DNA of 64,000 nt from an uncultured bacterium (GTDB lineage Bacteria; Zixibacteria; MSB-5A5; CAIYYT01). Shown one piece after another: positions 62,454-64,000 of this stretch (position 1 is its first letter; each line of letters starts with the position of its first letter). The notes beneath the pieces were generated by a model. That model was not told the origin of the DNA. It ran no database searches and saw only the letters and a list, made by a program, of their open reading frames with translations. Made by a program: the position numbers and the translations under genes. The stretch spans positions 64,001 through 128,000 of the forward strand of contig CAVSCK010000003.1 of NCBI GenBank assembly GCA_963726455.1. Reading direction: 5' to 3'.

Positions 62454-64000
62454 TTAATGAGTAAATCCGTCAATGCAATATTTTAACTGTCCGTCGATGT
62501 AAGTCGCCGTCACTTTTGTATCGAGCAGTTGCCGGGGATCAGACCGCATGATGTCGTGGTCGAGAATCACGAAGTCGGCTTTCTTTCCGACGACCAGATT
62601 TCCACGGCAATGGGCGTCACCGACCGCTTCGGCGCCGTTGATAGTAAATCCCTTCACGGCCTGTAAGGTCGACAGCGTCTCTCTGGGATTGAAGCCGGTT
62701 CTGGCGCCACGTGGACGGCCGGTTACGGCAGCATAAATTCCGTACAACGGATTGAGCGGTTCTATCGGAGCATCCGAGCCGAAACACATGGTCAGGCCCA
62801 GGTTGGCGAATGTCCGCATGCGATAGGAGTCTTTCTGGCGGGTTCCGAGATAACGCTTCATAAGGTCAATATCGGCAATCGCATGGCTGGGCTGCATGGA
62901 GGCGATAATGCTGAGCTTGGCGAATCGCTTGATGTCCTGCGGATGTACTATCTGGCAATGTTCGATACGATGACGAAACCGAGGCGACACGGGACGGCCG
63001 GCTGCCTCAATCGCGTCGAGAACGTTTCGATTCGCTCGGTCGCCGATGGCATGGATGGCACAAGAGATTCCAGCTTTGGTGGCTCTGGCAACGAGCGTTT
63101 TCAATTCATCGCGCGAGGTGGCCTCGATGCCGACGTTGTCTTTCGATCCCTTGAAGGGTTTGAACATCAGGGCTGTCTGTGAACCAAGGGCGCCGTCGGC
63201 GAACATCTTGACGCCGCCAATTTTGAGAAATTCTGATCCATAGCCGGTCTTGAGTTTCAGATGGATGGCATCATCGAGCCGCACCACGGGCAAGTAATAT
63301 GTGACCCGCACCGGAAGCTTTCCGGCGATATCAAGCGCCTGCAGCCCTTCAAATCCGTGAATGACATCAAACGAAGTGACGCCGACACATCCCTGTCGGA
63401 AGAGTTCCTCGAAGCCATCGGTCATGATTTTGTCGACCTCGCGACCGGACGGCGGCTGGTATAGATCCATTACGAGCTGATTAGCATTATCCCGCAAAAT
63501 GCCCGTGGGTTCTCCCGAGCTATCGCGAGCAATTTCACCACCGTCGGGATTAGGCGTGTCTTTGTCGATGCCGGCTAGCTTAAGTGCTTTCGAGTTTACC
63601 CAGAGGAGATGCTCATCCTTGGAAAAGATGGCCGTTGGCCTGTCCGCAGTGACGCGATCGAGGTCGGATTTGTGAGGCCAGCGAATCTTCGTCCATTGTT
63701 CCTTTTTCCAACCTTTACCTATCAGCCAGGATTTGCCTTTCTTCGGGAGTCTGGCTGTGTAATCCTTCACGATTTTCAGGGCATGCTCATAGGAACGAGC
63801 GCCGTCGAGATCGATGCGCCGGCGTGACAACGCCCAGAAGACCAGATGCGTGTGCGAATCGATGAATCCGGGGAGAATGATTTGACCATCGAGGTCGATC
63901 ATCTCGAAGCTGTCGGACGGAACAGACGAAAGTTCCGACGCCGAACCAAGCCAACTGATGCGGTCGCCGTCGACGATCATGGCGTCACAGACGGCAGGTC
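62454..64000 (-). CDS. Amidohydrolase 3 family (YtcJ-like); start lies beyond the window
   Basis: PGFIDSHTH, KMFADGALGS, HAIGD, HRIEHCQ, GSDAP, GKKADFVILD. Confidence 0.93.
   Translation of the reverse strand, partial: PAVCDAMIVDGDRISWLGSASELSSVPSDSFEMIDLDGQIILPGFIDSHTHLVFWALSRRRIDLDGARSYEHALKIVKDYTARLPKKGKSWLIGKGWKKEQWTKIRWPHKSDLDRVTADRPTAIFSKDEHLLWVNSKALKLAGIDKDTPNPDGGEIARDSSGEPTGILRDNANQLVMDLYQPPSGREVDKIMTDGFEELFRQGCVGVTSFDVIHGFEGLQALDIAGKLPVRVTYYLPVVRLDDAIHLKLKTGYGSEFLKIGGVKMFADGALGSQTALMFKPFKGSKDNVGIEATSRDELKTLVARATKAGISCAIHAIGDRANRNVLDAIEAAGRPVSPRFRHRIEHCQIVHPQDIKRFAKLSIIASMQPSHAIADIDLMKRYLGTRQKDSYRMRTFANLGLTMCFGSDAPIEPLNPLYGIYAAVTGRPRGARTGFNPRETLSTLQAVKGFTINGAEAVGDAHCRGNLVVGKKADFVILDHDIMRSDPRQLLDTKVTATYIDGQLKYCIDGFTH

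Overview
Bacterial chromosomal window, gene-dense and mostly on the minus strand. The dockerin-tailed secreted protease, the TonB receptor and the gene content suggest an FCB-related lineage such as candidate Zixibacteria (inference). From 1 to 19.2 kb lies a surface/exopolysaccharide cluster: Wzx flippase, GT4/GT2 glycosyltransferases, GDP-mannose/UDP-glucose dehydrogenase, AsnB-type amidotransferase, heparinase II/III-like protein, two tandem CapK/phenylacetate-CoA-ligase-like proteins, a methyltransferase and an O-antigen ligase/polymerase. A satellite of three more glycan genes follows tRNA-Leu(CAG). The rest is mostly housekeeping (rdgB, murI, amidase, smpB, glpX-like, rpe, rsmB, lpxD, skp, bamA, rplU, uvrB, radA, dnaB, udg, coaBC, purH/C/N, nfeD-slipin) plus several secreted modular proteins. 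About ten genes, including essential coaBC, are split by single-base indels, most likely long-read consensus errors. The most notable features are: a polar 83-bp tandem array of triplex/G4-capable palindromes, plus three further palindrome families; a Cys-rich small protein resembling ribosomal protein bL38/DUF4295; a DnaA-box pair upstream of dnaB; a radical SAM protein missing one cluster cysteine; an extended GlpX; and putative leaderless smpB/uvrB promoters. No CRISPR array, integrase or transposase was seen.
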